From NCBI GenBank assembly GCA_051859245.1, contig JBHYGA010000005.1, forward strand, positions 544,001 through 608,000: a stretch of 64,000 bases of DNA, in the 5' to 3' direction. Positions within the stretch are counted from its first letter, which is position 1; each line of letters begins with the position of its first letter. Made by a program: the position numbers and the translations under genes. The DNA is from Gemmatimonadaceae bacterium (GTDB lineage: Bacteria; Gemmatimonadota; Gemmatimonadetes; Gemmatimonadales; Gemmatimonadaceae). Positions 27,882 through 38,137 of this stretch are shown here, piece by piece. The notes below the pieces were generated by a model. The model did no database searches, was not told the origin of the DNA, and was given only the letters and a program-made list of their open reading frames with translations.

Positions 27882-29513
27882 ATGCTCGCATCTGCTGCCT
27901 CCGCCGCGATCGTTGGAATAGACGCTGTCGACATTACCATCGAAGTGCATGTGGCCAATGGATTGCCACAGTGGACACTCGTGGGATTGGCGGCGACCGC
28001 CGTCAAAGAGAGTCGTGATCGCGTGAGTGCGGCGCTGGCGAACTCCGGATTTACCGTGCCGCCGCGTCGCATCACGGTGTCGCTGTCACCTGGAGATCTG
28101 CCCAAAGCGGGCACGGCGTTTGATTTGCCGATTGCACTGGCCGTGCTCTCCGCGAGTGGCCAGCTCAACGCCGAATGTCTGCGCGGACTGCGCGTGGTAG
28201 GTGAGCTGGGACTCGATGGCAGTGTGCGTCCGGTGCGCGGCGCGCTCGCCATTGCACGACACGCCGCCCGCTGCAATGACATACTTGTGATGCCGTCGCA
28301 CAACGCCGCGGAAGTCGCGTGCGTGCGCAATGTGCGTGCGCTCATCGCCGAATCACTTCGCGAACTGGTTGACGTGCTGGGAGCGGGTGCGACGCACGAA
28401 CATGTGCGTTCGGCAGCCGAACTCGTGAACCTGGTGCAGGCGCGCAGTGTGTCGGTGCGCGCGCCGTCATCACCCGCTCGCGGGGAGACCGAGCAACCCG
28501 ACATGTGCGACGTGGTGGGCCAGGATCACGCGCTGCGCGCCATGGAAATTGCGGCCGCTGGCGCGCACAACGTGCTGTTGATCGGTCCTCCCGGTGCGGG
28601 CAAAACCATGTTGGCGCGCCGCCTGCCGGGTGTGCTGCCTCCCCTTGAGAACGACGAAGCGCTTGAGGTCCTGGCCGTGCACTCTGTTGCGGGACTGCTT
28701 GGCACGGGCGTCACTCACGCCGTGCGTCCGTTTCGCGCCCCTCATCATTCAGTGTCGGCGGCTGGCCTGGTTGGCGGGGGCAGCATGCCGCGGCCCGGTG
28801 AAGTGAGTCTGGCGCACCTTGGCGTGCTCTTTCTCGATGAACTTTCGCTGTTCCCTCGACACGTGCTGGAATGCCTGCGGCAACCGCTCGAAGATGGGCA
28901 CGTCACGCTCGCGCGCGCGGCCACGTCGCTCCGATTTCCCGCGCGCTTCATGCTGGTGGCCGCCACCAACCCGTGTCCGTGCGGTTACGCCGGTGACCCC
29001 GAACGGGTGTGCAGTTGCTCGCAGGCCGATCTGGATCGACATCGCATGCGCCTCTCCGGCCCGCTCGCCGATCGCATCGATCTGCACGTGCCAGTGCGAC
29101 GTGTGCCGCCGGCGTCACTCGATGCCATGCCACGCGGCGCGAGTTCCGCTACGCTCGCGGAGCGAATCGCCAACGCCCGCGATCGACAGCGACACCGATA
29201 CCTGCGTACGAGTGCGCCCACGTTGGTGGTGCGGCCGGATACGAACGCGAGTGTGAGCTCCCGGTTGTTGCTGGCCACGGCCGCGCTCAATCCGCCAGCG
29301 CGTGCATTGCTCGTGACTGCCGCAGATCGCCTGCATTTGAGTGCGCGCGGATATCACCGCGTGCTGCGCGTGGCGAGAACCATTGCCGACCTCGACGACC
29401 TGCCTGCGGTGCTGGCGGACCACGTGGCCGAAGCGCTGCGATATCGCGCGCTGGAATCAGACACCCACGGATCGGTTGTGTCAGGCACGGGACGTGACGA
29501 GGGCGCCGCATGA
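27882..29513 (+). CDS. comM: ComM/YifB Mg-chelatase-like AAA+ ATPase
   Basis: VKESRDRV, DLPKAGTAFDLPIAL, Walker A GPPGAGKT, RAPHHS, LFLDE, NPCPCG, SARGYHRVLRVARTIADL. Confidence 0.93.
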   Translation: MLASAASAAIVGIDAVDITIEVHVANGLPQWTLVGLAATAVKESRDRVSAALANSGFTVPPRRITVSLSPGDLPKAGTAFDLPIALAVLSASGQLNAECLRGLRVVGELGLDGSVRPVRGALAIARHAARCNDILVMPSHNAAEVACVRNVRALIAESLRELVDVLGAGATHEHVRSAAELVNLVQARSVSVRAPSSPARGETEQPDMCDVVGQDHALRAMEIAAAGAHNVLLIGPPGAGKTMLARRLPGVLPPLENDEALEVLAVHSVAGLLGTGVTHAVRPFRAPHHSVSAAGLVGGGSMPRPGEVSLAHLGVLFLDELSLFPRHVLECLRQPLEDGHVTLARAATSLRFPARFMLVAATNPCPCGYAGDPERVCSCSQADLDRHRMRLSGPLADRIDLHVPVRRVPPASLDAMPRGASSATLAERIANARDRQRHRYLRTSAPTLVVRPDTNASVSSRLLLATAALNPPARALLVTAADRLHLSARGYHRVLRVARTIADLDDLPAVLADHVAEALRYRALESDTHGSVVSGTGRDEGAA

Positions 29514-29568
29514 CGGTCGATCAGGCACCGAACGGCTCCCGTGCCCGCGCACAACGCAAATGGCGGGC

Positions 29569-29611
29569 TTTACAAGGGTCTCTAAATGGAGTAAAATACG
29601 TAATAACTCCA
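29569..29611 (+). promoter_or_regulatory. Sigma-70-type promoter with overlapping operator for the Xre-RES operon
   Basis: TTTACA(29569)-N17-TAAAAT(29592); inverted repeat TGGAGT-N13-ACTCCA (29587-29611) overlaps the -10 element. Confidence 0.65.
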
Positions 29612-29626
29612 GAAAGAGATCATCCT

Positions 29627-30028
29627 ATGACAGCACTTTCGCTCGAAAAGTCAGATGCACTCGTCGCGGCGGCGCCAGCGGCGCTCCGTACCTACTTCCG
29701 GATTGCCGATGCGTGGCAGCTCTCTGGGGCGGAGGCACGCACGCTGCTGGGTTCGCCGCCAGCGTCCACGTTCTTCAAGTGGAAGGCCGGACAGGTTGGA
29801 CAGGTGAGCCGCGATCTGCTGGAGCGCGTGTCGTACGTGCTTGGCATTTACAAGGCGCTGCAGGTGCTGCTGCCACAGAGTGCTGCGGCAGACGCGTGGG
29901 TGCGCCAGGCAAACAGCGCGGCCCCATTTCACGGACAGTCGGCACTTGATCGCATGCTGTCGGGCAACGTGGCCGATCTCTTTATTGTACGCCAATATCT
30001 CGACGCGCAGCGAGGCGGTTGGGGGTGA
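29627..30028 (+). CDS. Xre/MbcA/ParS-family antitoxin
   Basis: HTH-like N-terminus; LERVSYVLGIYKALQVLL, AWVRQAN..PFHGQSALDRM, VRQYLDAQRG. Confidence 0.88.
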   Translation: MTALSLEKSDALVAAAPAALRTYFRIADAWQLSGAEARTLLGSPPASTFFKWKAGQVGQVSRDLLERVSYVLGIYKALQVLLPQSAAADAWVRQANSAAPFHGQSALDRMLSGNVADLFIVRQYLDAQRGGWG

Positions 30029-30735
30029 GTGCAAAAGGTCGCGCTGCACCAGACATCGACACGACGGCCGTGCGTTGGCTGCCGAGTGTTCGCATCATTC
30101 CCAGTCGATTCCCGCCCATCGGTCTGTTCGAGCGCGTTTCTGATCCTGCCGACCTCGACGCCGTTTTCGCGATCGAAGCACTCACCAATCCTCGTGTGCG
30201 CGCGGAGGTTGGAGCGCTGCACGCGCTGCCTGCGGAGGAGCGTGTGACCGGGGCGGGGGCTGGGTATATCATGGCGTCGTTCACGCACCTGTCGCCAAGC
30301 GGTGCGCGATTCTCCACGTCGCAGTTCGGCGCGTACTATGCAGCGCGCACTCTGGAAACCGCGATTGCGGAAACGGTGCATCATCGCGCGTTGTTTTTCG
30401 CCGCCACTCGGCAACCGCCCATGCATATCGATATGCGCGTACTGCACGCCAATGTGCGCGGGCGCTTGCTCGATCTTCGGGCGCAGCGCGACGAACACAC
30501 CGCGCTGTACGCCCCCGACAGCTACGCGGCGTCACAAGTGTTCGCCGAACAACAACGCGCGTTGGGACAGCTTGGTGTGGTGTACGCGAGTGTTCGTGAC
30601 GCGGGCGGTGAATGTGTGGCCGTGTGGCGTCCGCGTGTGCTGTCGCACTGCAAACAAGCGGCGCATCTCACGTACGTCTGGAACGGCGATCGTATCGCGG
30701 AGGTGTTTACGAAGTCGCGACTGCGCCGGCTATAG
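30025..30735 (+). CDS. RES-domain toxin (NAD+ phosphorylase/ART-like)
   Basis: RIIPSRFP, RFSTSQFGAYYAA, AIAETVHH, YAASQ, YASVR; GTGA overlap with the antitoxin stop. Confidence 0.9.
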   Translation: MSAKGRAAPDIDTTAVRWLPSVRIIPSRFPPIGLFERVSDPADLDAVFAIEALTNPRVRAEVGALHALPAEERVTGAGAGYIMASFTHLSPSGARFSTSQFGAYYAARTLETAIAETVHHRALFFAATRQPPMHIDMRVLHANVRGRLLDLRAQRDEHTALYAPDSYAASQVFAEQQRALGQLGVVYASVRDAGGECVAVWRPRVLSHCKQAAHLTYVWNGDRIAEVFTKSRLRRL

Positions 30736-30763
30736 TCGCGCTTACATCGAGCTCAAATCGCGC

Positions 30764-31684
30764 TTAAATCGCGCGGTCCAACCGCTTGAGTCTGAATCCG
30801 CGTCGGCGCTGCGGTTCATCCGATACGCCGTGTGCCTCGTCGGCCTCATGCGCCGGTGCGCTCGGCGCGTCGGCGAAAATTGACTCCATCGGCTCGTCCG
30901 CGCTGCTTTCGTCGACGGCGGATGCGTCGACGGCGGATGCGTCGACGGCGGATGCGACGGTGGCGCTCGCGGGGGCATCGACAGCCTGATCAGCCCTCGC
31001 CTCCGCAGTCCCCTCCGCCGTCGCCTCCGTCGGTGCCGCCGCTGAGGGCACGTGCCGAGTCCACGGTCGGATCGGTTCTTCCGATTCCACCTGGCGTTTG
31101 CCCGACTGAGGTGCGCCAATTGGCATGCCGGCAATGCGCGCCTGCGACGTGGCGATGTCGGCTTCCAGTTGCGCTTCGCGCGCCAGCTCCCGCGATTCGA
31201 GTTGAATCACGGATTGTTCGAGGCGCGCCACAATTTCCGAGAGCGCATCGAGCACCACGCGCAGCGACAAGTCCTCAGGTGCCGAGGCCACGTCATAGTC
31301 GGCCCAGATGCGCGCGCCGCCGTGATCGGCGACCACGCAGCAGCGCAGACGAGCGTCAGAGCCGACGGTGAGAAAGCGCATGGCGCTCGGCGGTCCGACC
31401 ATGCGGTCATGCCGGATCACGTAGTGCACCGAGTTACCACCGGGACCGTTGCTGCCGGCACGCAGCACGGGTACGTCATGTGACATGGTGGATTGGAGCA
31501 GACGCGCGGCGTGGCGCACCAGCGTATTGACGTAGAGCGACGCTTTGCGATCGGTCACCTGTCCGAGCCGATGGGCCGTCCGGGTGCGTTGTCCCAGCGA
31601 AATGGCCATGGCCACCAACGCGCGGGCGTCGGCGATGGGGTCGCGCTCTGGAGCGGTGGTGCCGACAGCGGAGGTGGCGGACAT
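30764..31684 (-). CDS. Hypothetical protein with coiled coil and acidic low-complexity tail
   Basis: 306-aa ORF; no family recognised. Confidence 0.65.
   Translation of the reverse strand: MSATSAVGTTAPERDPIADARALVAMAISLGQRTRTAHRLGQVTDRKASLYVNTLVRHAARLLQSTMSHDVPVLRAGSNGPGGNSVHYVIRHDRMVGPPSAMRFLTVGSDARLRCCVVADHGGARIWADYDVASAPEDLSLRVVLDALSEIVARLEQSVIQLESRELAREAQLEADIATSQARIAGMPIGAPQSGKRQVESEEPIRPWTRHVPSAAAPTEATAEGTAEARADQAVDAPASATVASAVDASAVDASAVDESSADEPMESIFADAPSAPAHEADEAHGVSDEPQRRRGFRLKRLDRAI
30911..30955. repeat. 15-bp perfect tandem repeat x3 (GTCGACGGCGGATGC), encoding ASAVD x3
   Basis: Directly visible in the sequence. Confidence 0.9.
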
Positions 31685-31920
31685 CGGGCAATGAAAAGGC
31701 GGGCGCGTACGGGGAATCCGTTCTCCGTCGCTTCAGATCAGTGTCGGACGACGCGATCAGTGCTTGAGTGATTCGGCGCACACAGGCCAGCGCCGTAACG
31801 TTCGTGCCCGTGCTGTATGGGTCGATCGCACTTTCACGCAGTCCTGAGCGTGGGATAGCTTTCGGGGATGCAAATTCCCCAGCGTTTCACCGGGCCCGTG
31901 TCTCCCCGCACATCGATCCT

Positions 31921-32634
31921 ATGGGCTGTCTGACCCGGCTGGTCGGCACGGTCGTGTTGCTGCTGGGCGCGGTGGTCGCGTACTGGTGGTGGAGCGGCGG
32001 CAATGTTCCGCTGCCGCAGGCGATCGAGTCGCGCATTCCCTTCAATCCGCGTGGCGCGGACAGCATGAGCACGGCGCCCACGGGAGCGCTGGCCACCGCG
32101 CGCTGGCAGCCCATTACCGAGGCGGGATCGGCGTCGGCGCAAGCGCAGTTGGCCCGGCTGGCTCGGCGCGACGGTCCGGCCACGGTCACCCTTGAGGCTG
32201 GCGAACTGGCGTCGTTCCTGGTGAAGGCCTTTGCGCAGCAGCTACCCACGTCGGCGTCGGGCGCGAAGGTGGCCGTGATCAACGATATGGTGTATGTGAA
32301 GTCGGAGATTCCGCTGGAGGATTTTGGAGGCAGTGCGATTCTTGGGCCGCTCGCTGGTGCGTTGAACCGCAAGGATACGATCACGATTGGCGGACAGTTT
32401 GATCTGATCTCGTCCGGCACGGCGCAGTTTCGTATTCGCGAGGTTGTGATTGGCGAGTTCGGCGTTCCCAAACCGCTGCTTCCGAAACTCGTGTCGAGCA
32501 CGCGCCGTGGTACGGTGGGTGCGGACATCAGCGATGACGGCTATCCGGTCGAGTTGCCGCCCTACGTTGGTGACGTGCGCATTTCGCGCGGCCGTATCAC
32601 GGTCTATCGCGCGGATCCTTCTGCTACGCCCTGA
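31921..32634 (+). CDS. Hypothetical membrane-anchored protein
   Basis: N-terminal TM from MGCLTRLVG; ends 4 bp before the response regulator start. Confidence 0.7.
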   Translation: MGCLTRLVGTVVLLLGAVVAYWWWSGGNVPLPQAIESRIPFNPRGADSMSTAPTGALATARWQPITEAGSASAQAQLARLARRDGPATVTLEAGELASFLVKAFAQQLPTSASGAKVAVINDMVYVKSEIPLEDFGGSAILGPLAGALNRKDTITIGGQFDLISSGTAQFRIREVVIGEFGVPKPLLPKLVSSTRRGTVGADISDDGYPVELPPYVGDVRISRGRITVYRADPSATP

Positions 32635-32638
32635 GACT

Positions 32639-34015
32639 ATGACAGCTCGCCGTATTCTGGTTGTTGATGACGAACCTGGCATTCGCCAGGCGCTTGGGCA
32701 GCTGCTCGAGTATGAAGGCTACGAAGTGCGTACCGCGGCGAGCGGGCTGGATGGCATCGCCGAGTACGAGCGTTTCCAGCCGCATCTCACATTCCTCGAT
32801 GTGAAGATGGCGGGAATTGATGGCATGGAAGTGTTGTCGCGCATTCGCACCGCCGATCCGCGTGCGGTGATCGTGATGATCAGCGGACACGCCACGATTC
32901 AGACGGCCGTTGAAGCCACGCAACTGGGCGCGTTCGATATTCTCGAAAAGCCGCTCGACACCGATCGTGTCCTCCTGCTGTTGCGCAACGCGCTGGCGCA
33001 GGCGGATCTGTCGGAAGAAAACTCGCGGCTTCGTGAAACGATTGAGTCACGCTACGAAATTGTGGGCAAGTCGTACGTGATTCGTGCCCTGCTTGAGCGC
33101 ATTGACAAGGTCGCGGCCACACCATCGCGTGTGCTGATCACCGGTGAGAACGGTACGGGCAAGGAGTTGGTGGCGCGCGCGATGCATCGTGGTTCACCGC
33201 TGGCGCGCAAACCGTTCGTGGAAGTGAACTGCGCCGCGATTCCGTCGGAGCTCATTGAGAGCGAACTCTTCGGTCACATGAAGGGCTCGTTCACGGGCGC
33301 GGTGGCAGATCGTCCGGGCAAGTTTGAGCAGGCCGATGGTGGCACGCTGTTTCTCGACGAAATCGGCGACATGGCGCTGTCGGCGCAGGCCAAGGTGTTG
33401 CGCGTGCTGCAAGACGGCGTCGTCACACGTATTGGTGGCAACAAGCCGGTGCAGGTGAACGTGCGCGTGATCGCGGCCACGAACAAGGATCTCGAACGCG
33501 AAATCGCCGACGGACGCTTTCGCGAAGATTTGTACTATCGATTGAACGTGGTGCCGATCGTGGTGCCGCCGTTGCGCGAACGCCGCGAAGATATTGAACC
33601 GCTCGTGGTGTATTTCCTGCAGCAGTTTGCGCAGCGTGACGGATTGCCGCGGCGCGGCATCAGCAACGAGGCGCTGGCGCGGCTTTCAGAGTTAGAGTGG
33701 GCGGGTAATGTGCGTGAGCTGCGCAATACCGTTGAACGACTGGTAATTCTGGCGGCGGGGCCGCATATCGCCGCGAGTGATGTGGAGCGACTGGTTGGCA
33801 AGCGCGCGGTTGAACCCAGTGGACTCGGTTCGCTGGCGGAATGTCGCACGTTTGAAGAGTTCAAGGATGCGGCGGAACGTGCGTTCCTGCTCGCCAAGTT
33901 GCGCGCGTTTGACTGGAATGTGTCGGAGACGGCGCGCGCGCTCGAAATGCCGCGCTCCAATTTGTACAAGAAGATTGAACGTTATTCCCTCTCTCGTGAG
34001 GCGACGCCGGCATGA
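32639..34015 (+). CDS. Sigma-54-dependent response regulator (NtrX/NtrC family; REC-AAA-HTH)
   Basis: [53 protein letters not shown], Fis-type HTH. Confidence 0.93.
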   Translation: MTARRILVVDDEPGIRQALGQLLEYEGYEVRTAASGLDGIAEYERFQPHLTFLDVKMAGIDGMEVLSRIRTADPRAVIVMISGHATIQTAVEATQLGAFDILEKPLDTDRVLLLLRNALAQADLSEENSRLRETIESRYEIVGKSYVIRALLERIDKVAATPSRVLITGENGTGKELVARAMHRGSPLARKPFVEVNCAAIPSELIESELFGHMKGSFTGAVADRPGKFEQADGGTLFLDEIGDMALSAQAKVLRVLQDGVVTRIGGNKPVQVNVRVIAATNKDLEREIADGRFREDLYYRLNVVPIVVPPLRERREDIEPLVVYFLQQFAQRDGLPRRGISNEALARLSELEWAGNVRELRNTVERLVILAAGPHIAASDVERLVGKRAVEPSGLGSLAECRTFEEFKDAAERAFLLAKLRAFDWNVSETARALEMPRSNLYKKIERYSLSREATPA

Positions 34016-34578
34016 GTACGCGCGACTGGGAGAAGGAGCTCGCGAAAATCGACAAACAGTTGGCGTCCATTCCAGACGAGGAGTTGGTTGCGGCCCCCAC
34101 GCAACCGGGCATCGGCATGCCGCGCGGTGTGTCCGCACCGGCGCTCCGTGCGCCGGCGGCCTCGGCGCCTACGGTCGGCGTGTCGGGAGTGACGGGCAAA
34201 GCCAAAGCGTGGGCGTTCACGAAACTCGCGCTCGCGGTGGCCGCCGGTGCGGCGATCTGGTTCTGGCCATGGCCGGCGCGCTGCGGGTTGCCGCTGGTCT
34301 ATCTCGTTGCGGCGGGCGGCGGTGCGTCACTGCTTGGTGTGTGGAGCAGTGCCGGTACGTGGCGTTTGCGCATGGGGCGTGCGCACGTGTTATCGCTGCT
34401 TGTGATTGTGTCGGGCGCGGTGCTGATCGCGCGCGAAGTGTTGCCGCGTGTGGGCTACGCGCAGTCAACATTCGATCGTCCGGATCGGTGGTCGTGTCAG
34501 GCGGCGGCGCCTGCACCAGGCACCGCACCGCTCACTGAACCAGGCACGCCGGGATCCGCCGGCGCGCAGGGCGCCTAG
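34012..34578 (+). CDS. Hypothetical membrane protein
   Basis: ATGA overlap with the regulator; about 3 TM helices. Confidence 0.7.
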   Translation: MSTRDWEKELAKIDKQLASIPDEELVAAPTQPGIGMPRGVSAPALRAPAASAPTVGVSGVTGKAKAWAFTKLALAVAAGAAIWFWPWPARCGLPLVYLVAAGGGASLLGVWSSAGTWRLRMGRAHVLSLLVIVSGAVLIAREVLPRVGYAQSTFDRPDRWSCQAAAPAPGTAPLTEPGTPGSAGAQGA

Positions 34579-34612
34579 TTGCTGTTTCTTTCTACTCGCA
34601 CACCACTCGGTC

Positions 34613-36097
34613 ATGTCTGACTTCAAGAATTTCATTGGCGGCGCGTGGGTTGCGCCGTCGACGGGCGAATACTTCGAGAATCGCAATCCCGCCGATCAGC
34701 GCGACCTGGTCGGTCGTTTTCCGTTGTCGGGCGTAGACGATGTGCAGCGCGCGGTGGCCAGTGCCAAGCGTGGCTTTGAAGAATGGAAGCGCACGCCCGC
34801 ACCAGCGCGTGGTGACGTGTTGCGTCGCGTGGGCGACTTGATGGCGGCGCGCAAGGAAGCACTCGCAGATCTCATGACGCGCGAGATGGGCAAGCCGCTC
34901 GCGGAAACGCGCGGCGATGTGCAGGAAGGCATCGACACGGCGTATTACGCGGCCACCGAAGGTCGTCGTCTGTTTGGACATACGGTTCCGAGTGAACTGC
35001 GCAACAAGTGGGCGATGAGCTTTCGCCGTCCGATTGGTGTGGCCGGGTTGATCACGCCGTTCAACTTCCCAATGGCGATCCCCACGTGGAAAATGTTTCC
35101 TGCGTTGTTGTGCGGAAACTCTGTGGTGTTCAAACCAGCGGAAGATGTGCCGCACGCCGGTCACGCGCTGGTGGAGATTCTGCTCGAAGCCGGCTTGCCG
35201 CCCGAAGTGATTCAGCTGGTGCACGGCATGGGTGAAGTGGTGGGCAAGGCGCTCGTGGATCATCCCGACGTGCCGCTGATTTCGTTCACCGGCAGCACGG
35301 AAACGGGACGGTTGGTTGGTGAAACGTGCGGTCGCATGCACAAGCGGTTGTCGCTCGAAATGGGCGGCAAGAACGCGCAGATCGTGCTCGACGATGCGGA
35401 TCTCGATCTGGCGCTTGAGGGTGTGTTGTGGGGCGCGTTCGGCACCACGGGGCAACGTTGTACGGCCACCAGTCGTCTTATTCTGCAGGACGGCATTCAC
35501 GATCAGTTTGTGGCGCGTCTTGTTGAGCGTGCGCGCGCGCTCAAGCTGGGGGACGGTCGTGTGGCGGGGACCGACGTGGGTCCGCTGGTGCATGAAGCGT
35601 CGCGGGCCAACGTTGCGCGGTATGTGGAGATTGGTCAGTCGGAAGGCGCAACGCTCGCGTGTGGCGGCGCGCGTCCAACGGATGCATCGCTGGCCCACGG
35701 TTTCTTTTTCGAGCCCACGATCTTTACCAACGTGCGTGCCGGTTCGCGTTTGGAGCAGGAAGAAATTTTTGGTCCGGTGTTATCGGTGATTCGTGTGAAG
35801 TCGGCGGAAGAAGCGTTCGCGGTGAACAACGGGGTGCGCTACGGCCTGTCGTCGTCGGTGTACACGCGTGATGTCACGGTGGCGTTCCGTGCCATGCAGG
35901 ATCTGGACAACGGCATCACGTACGTGAACGCGCCCACGATTGGCGCCGAAGCGCACCTGCCATTTGGTGGTGTGAAGGAAACGGGCAACGGCCACCGTGA
36001 AGGCGGCTGGGAAGTGTACGAGTTCTATTCAGAAACCAAGGTTGGGTACGTGGATTATTCCGGCGCACTGCAGCGGGCGCAGATCGACAACTACTGA
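34613..36097 (+). CDS. Aldehyde dehydrogenase family protein
   Basis: [35 protein letters not shown]. Confidence 0.93.
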   Translation: MSDFKNFIGGAWVAPSTGEYFENRNPADQRDLVGRFPLSGVDDVQRAVASAKRGFEEWKRTPAPARGDVLRRVGDLMAARKEALADLMTREMGKPLAETRGDVQEGIDTAYYAATEGRRLFGHTVPSELRNKWAMSFRRPIGVAGLITPFNFPMAIPTWKMFPALLCGNSVVFKPAEDVPHAGHALVEILLEAGLPPEVIQLVHGMGEVVGKALVDHPDVPLISFTGSTETGRLVGETCGRMHKRLSLEMGGKNAQIVLDDADLDLALEGVLWGAFGTTGQRCTATSRLILQDGIHDQFVARLVERARALKLGDGRVAGTDVGPLVHEASRANVARYVEIGQSEGATLACGGARPTDASLAHGFFFEPTIFTNVRAGSRLEQEEIFGPVLSVIRVKSAEEAFAVNNGVRYGLSSSVYTRDVTVAFRAMQDLDNGITYVNAPTIGAEAHLPFGGVKETGNGHREGGWEVYEFYSETKVGYVDYSGALQRAQIDNY

Positions 36098-36109
36098 GTT
36101 GTCGTTCGT

Positions 36110-36140
36110 CAAGTGGCGGAACGGGCCGTTTCGCCGCTTG
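36110..36140 (+). terminator. GC-rich hairpin after the aldehyde dehydrogenase (possible terminator)
   Basis: CAAGTGGCGGAACGG / CCGTTTCGCCGCTTG pair with G-U wobble; no strong U tract. Confidence 0.4.
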
Positions 36141-36204
36141 CGTCCCCCGGCGGCTTGCGATTGATTCCGTGTGGCAGTTCCCTCCCGCGTGGCGGTCGTT
36201 TGTC

Positions 36205-37140
36205 ATGGATCGTTCGAGCACATCGCATACAGAAGCACCGTCTTCAGACGTGTCCACGGACACGTCAGCCAACGGCGTATCCACAGCCACCGTGTCGAAT
36301 GACGCGCTGTCTGCGGACAGCGTGAGCGAACACGCGTCGAACTCCGGCTCACGTTTTGCACCAGCGCCCGGCACGCTCTCAGCCGACGGCGAGCTGCGTG
36401 CGGCCGCACTGCGCGCGGCGAACAAGCGCGCGTCGCGGCTGCACTTTGGCTGGTTCTTTGACTGGATGCGCATTTTCCCCGCCGCGATTGCGTTGTTCCT
36501 CGTGTTGCGCGCGGTACTCGTTGAGGCGTACAAGATTCCATCGGGCAGCATGGAGAGCACGCTGCTCGTTGGTGATTTCCTGTTAGTGAACAAGCTGGTG
36601 TATGGCGCCACCATTCCGCTCACCAGTTTGCGCCTGCCGGCCGTGCGCGAACTGCGGCGCGGTGATGTGGTGGTGTTCGAATGGCCCGTCGATCAGTCCA
36701 AGAACTTTGTGAAGCGGCTCGTTGCGCTGCCGGGTGATACTGTGGCGATGCAGCAAGGCGTGCTCATGCTCAACGGCGTGGAGCAAGACGAGCGCTACGT
36801 GGTGCACACCGATCCCGGCATGGATCCCGTGGCTGAGGACTTCCGTTGGCAGCGCAGCTATCTCGTGCGCACGGCCAGTGCGGCGCAGACGCCTCCGGCA
36901 CGTGGGTATCGTCCGTCGCGCAACAATTGGGGACCACTCGTTGTGCCCGACGGACACTTCTTCGCACTTGGCGACAATCGCGACAACTCGCTCGACAGTC
37001 GCTACTGGGGATTTGTGCCCGATTCGCTGGTGCGTGGCACTCCCATGCTGGTGTACTACAGTTACGTCCCTGATTCCACAACGTCCGCATCCTGGCTCAC
37101 CAACATTCGATGGAGGCGGCTTGGAGAGCGCATCCGCTGA
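36205..37140 (+). CDS. lepB: Signal peptidase I
   Basis: IPSGSM..TL..GD (catalytic Ser), RGDVVVF, FVKRLV (catalytic Lys), GDNRDNSLDSRYWG. Confidence 0.93.
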   Translation: MDRSSTSHTEAPSSDVSTDTSANGVSTATVSNDALSADSVSEHASNSGSRFAPAPGTLSADGELRAAALRAANKRASRLHFGWFFDWMRIFPAAIALFLVLRAVLVEAYKIPSGSMESTLLVGDFLLVNKLVYGATIPLTSLRLPAVRELRRGDVVVFEWPVDQSKNFVKRLVALPGDTVAMQQGVLMLNGVEQDERYVVHTDPGMDPVAEDFRWQRSYLVRTASAAQTPPARGYRPSRNNWGPLVVPDGHFFALGDNRDNSLDSRYWGFVPDSLVRGTPMLVYYSYVPDSTTSASWLTNIRWRRLGERIR

Positions 37141-37186
37141 GCTGCCGACACGTGCGATCGCTGACTCTCTTTCCGTACCCACGTTG

Positions 37187-38122
37187 ATGACGGCTCGTGA
37201 TTCTGCTGTGCCTGCGCCGCGACCGGCCAGGGCCGATGGGGCGCTGCCACGCGCCAAAGCAACCAACGGCGTGCCGGGTCGCAAGCGTACCTCGCTCGAT
37301 GACGGCTCGCTCGACCAGTATCTGCGCGACATCAGCAAGTACCCGCTGATCTCGCGAGAAGACGAAGCAGATCTCGCGCGCCGCATTCGCACCGGCGACA
37401 GCGAAGCGCTCGACAAACTCGTTCGGTCGAATCTGCGGTTCGTGGTGTCAGTCGCCAAGAAATATCAGAATCAGGGCGTGTCGCTCTCCGATCTGATCAA
37501 CGAGGGCAACCTCGGTCTCATCCGCGCCGGTCACAAGTTCGACGAGACCAAGGGCATCAAGTTTATTTCCTACGCCGTGTGGTGGATCCGGCAGGCGATT
37601 CTGCAAGCGTTGGCGGAGCAGTCGCGCATTGTGCGTGTGCCACTCAATAGGGCCGGCACGCTGCACCGCATCGGCAAGCGTGCCAGTGCGCTGCTGCAGG
37701 AGCTGGGCCGAGAGGCTACGCACGCCGAAATCGCGGAAGGGATGGACATCACCGAAGAAGAAGTCGCGAAAACGATGTCCATTTCGCAGGTGCATCTCTC
37801 GCTCGATGCGCCGCTCACGCCGGGCGAGGACAACCGGCTGCTCGACTACCTCGCGGACACCGTCAGCCCCACCCCCGACGAGCAGACCATCGAGAAGGCG
37901 CTCACCCAGGCCATTGAAGACTCCCTGGGCTCCCTCAAGGAGCGCGAGGCGAAGATTCTCCGGCTATACTTCGGGCTGGATGTGCACGAGCCAATGACTC
38001 TCGAAGAGATCGGAGCGTTGCTCGGCATCACCCGTGAGCGGGTGCGGCAGATCAAGGAGAAGGCGCTGTCGCGCCTGCGCCACGTCAGCCGCGCGCGAGC
38101 GCTCGAGAGCTTCCTCGGCTGA
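37187..38122 (+). CDS. RpoD/SigA-family sigma factor lacking region 1.1
   Basis: LDQYLRDI, NLRFVVSVAKKY, DLINEGNLGL, KFISYAVWWIRQ, TLEEIG...ITRERVRQIKEKAL. Confidence 0.92.
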   Translation: MTARDSAVPAPRPARADGALPRAKATNGVPGRKRTSLDDGSLDQYLRDISKYPLISREDEADLARRIRTGDSEALDKLVRSNLRFVVSVAKKYQNQGVSLSDLINEGNLGLIRAGHKFDETKGIKFISYAVWWIRQAILQALAEQSRIVRVPLNRAGTLHRIGKRASALLQELGREATHAEIAEGMDITEEEVAKTMSISQVHLSLDAPLTPGEDNRLLDYLADTVSPTPDEQTIEKALTQAIEDSLGSLKEREAKILRLYFGLDVHEPMTLEEIGALLGITRERVRQIKEKALSRLRHVSRARALESFLG

Positions 38123-38137
38123 TTCTCGGTATTTCGT

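Noticed and set aside
27545..27891. ORFs 27565..27786 (+), 27583..27891 (-) and 27545..28504 (-)
   Set aside because: The shared peptide text of the first two is a by-product of the inverted repeat and the third is mostly antisense to comM; none has recognisable motifs
29510..29626. Longer antitoxin start at 29510
   Set aside because: It would run through the predicted promoter and operator; ATG 29627 gives a typical antitoxin length
27534..31684. Genomic island or prophage around comM and the TA pair
   Set aside because: comM is intact, and there is no integrase, tRNA, att-like direct repeat or evident compositional shift in the coding regions
31685..31920. Possible ncRNA in the divergent intergenic region
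   Set aside because: Only short hairpins (ACGGGGAA-tccg-TTCTCCGT; GGGGA-N7-TCCCC) and no recognisable RNA family
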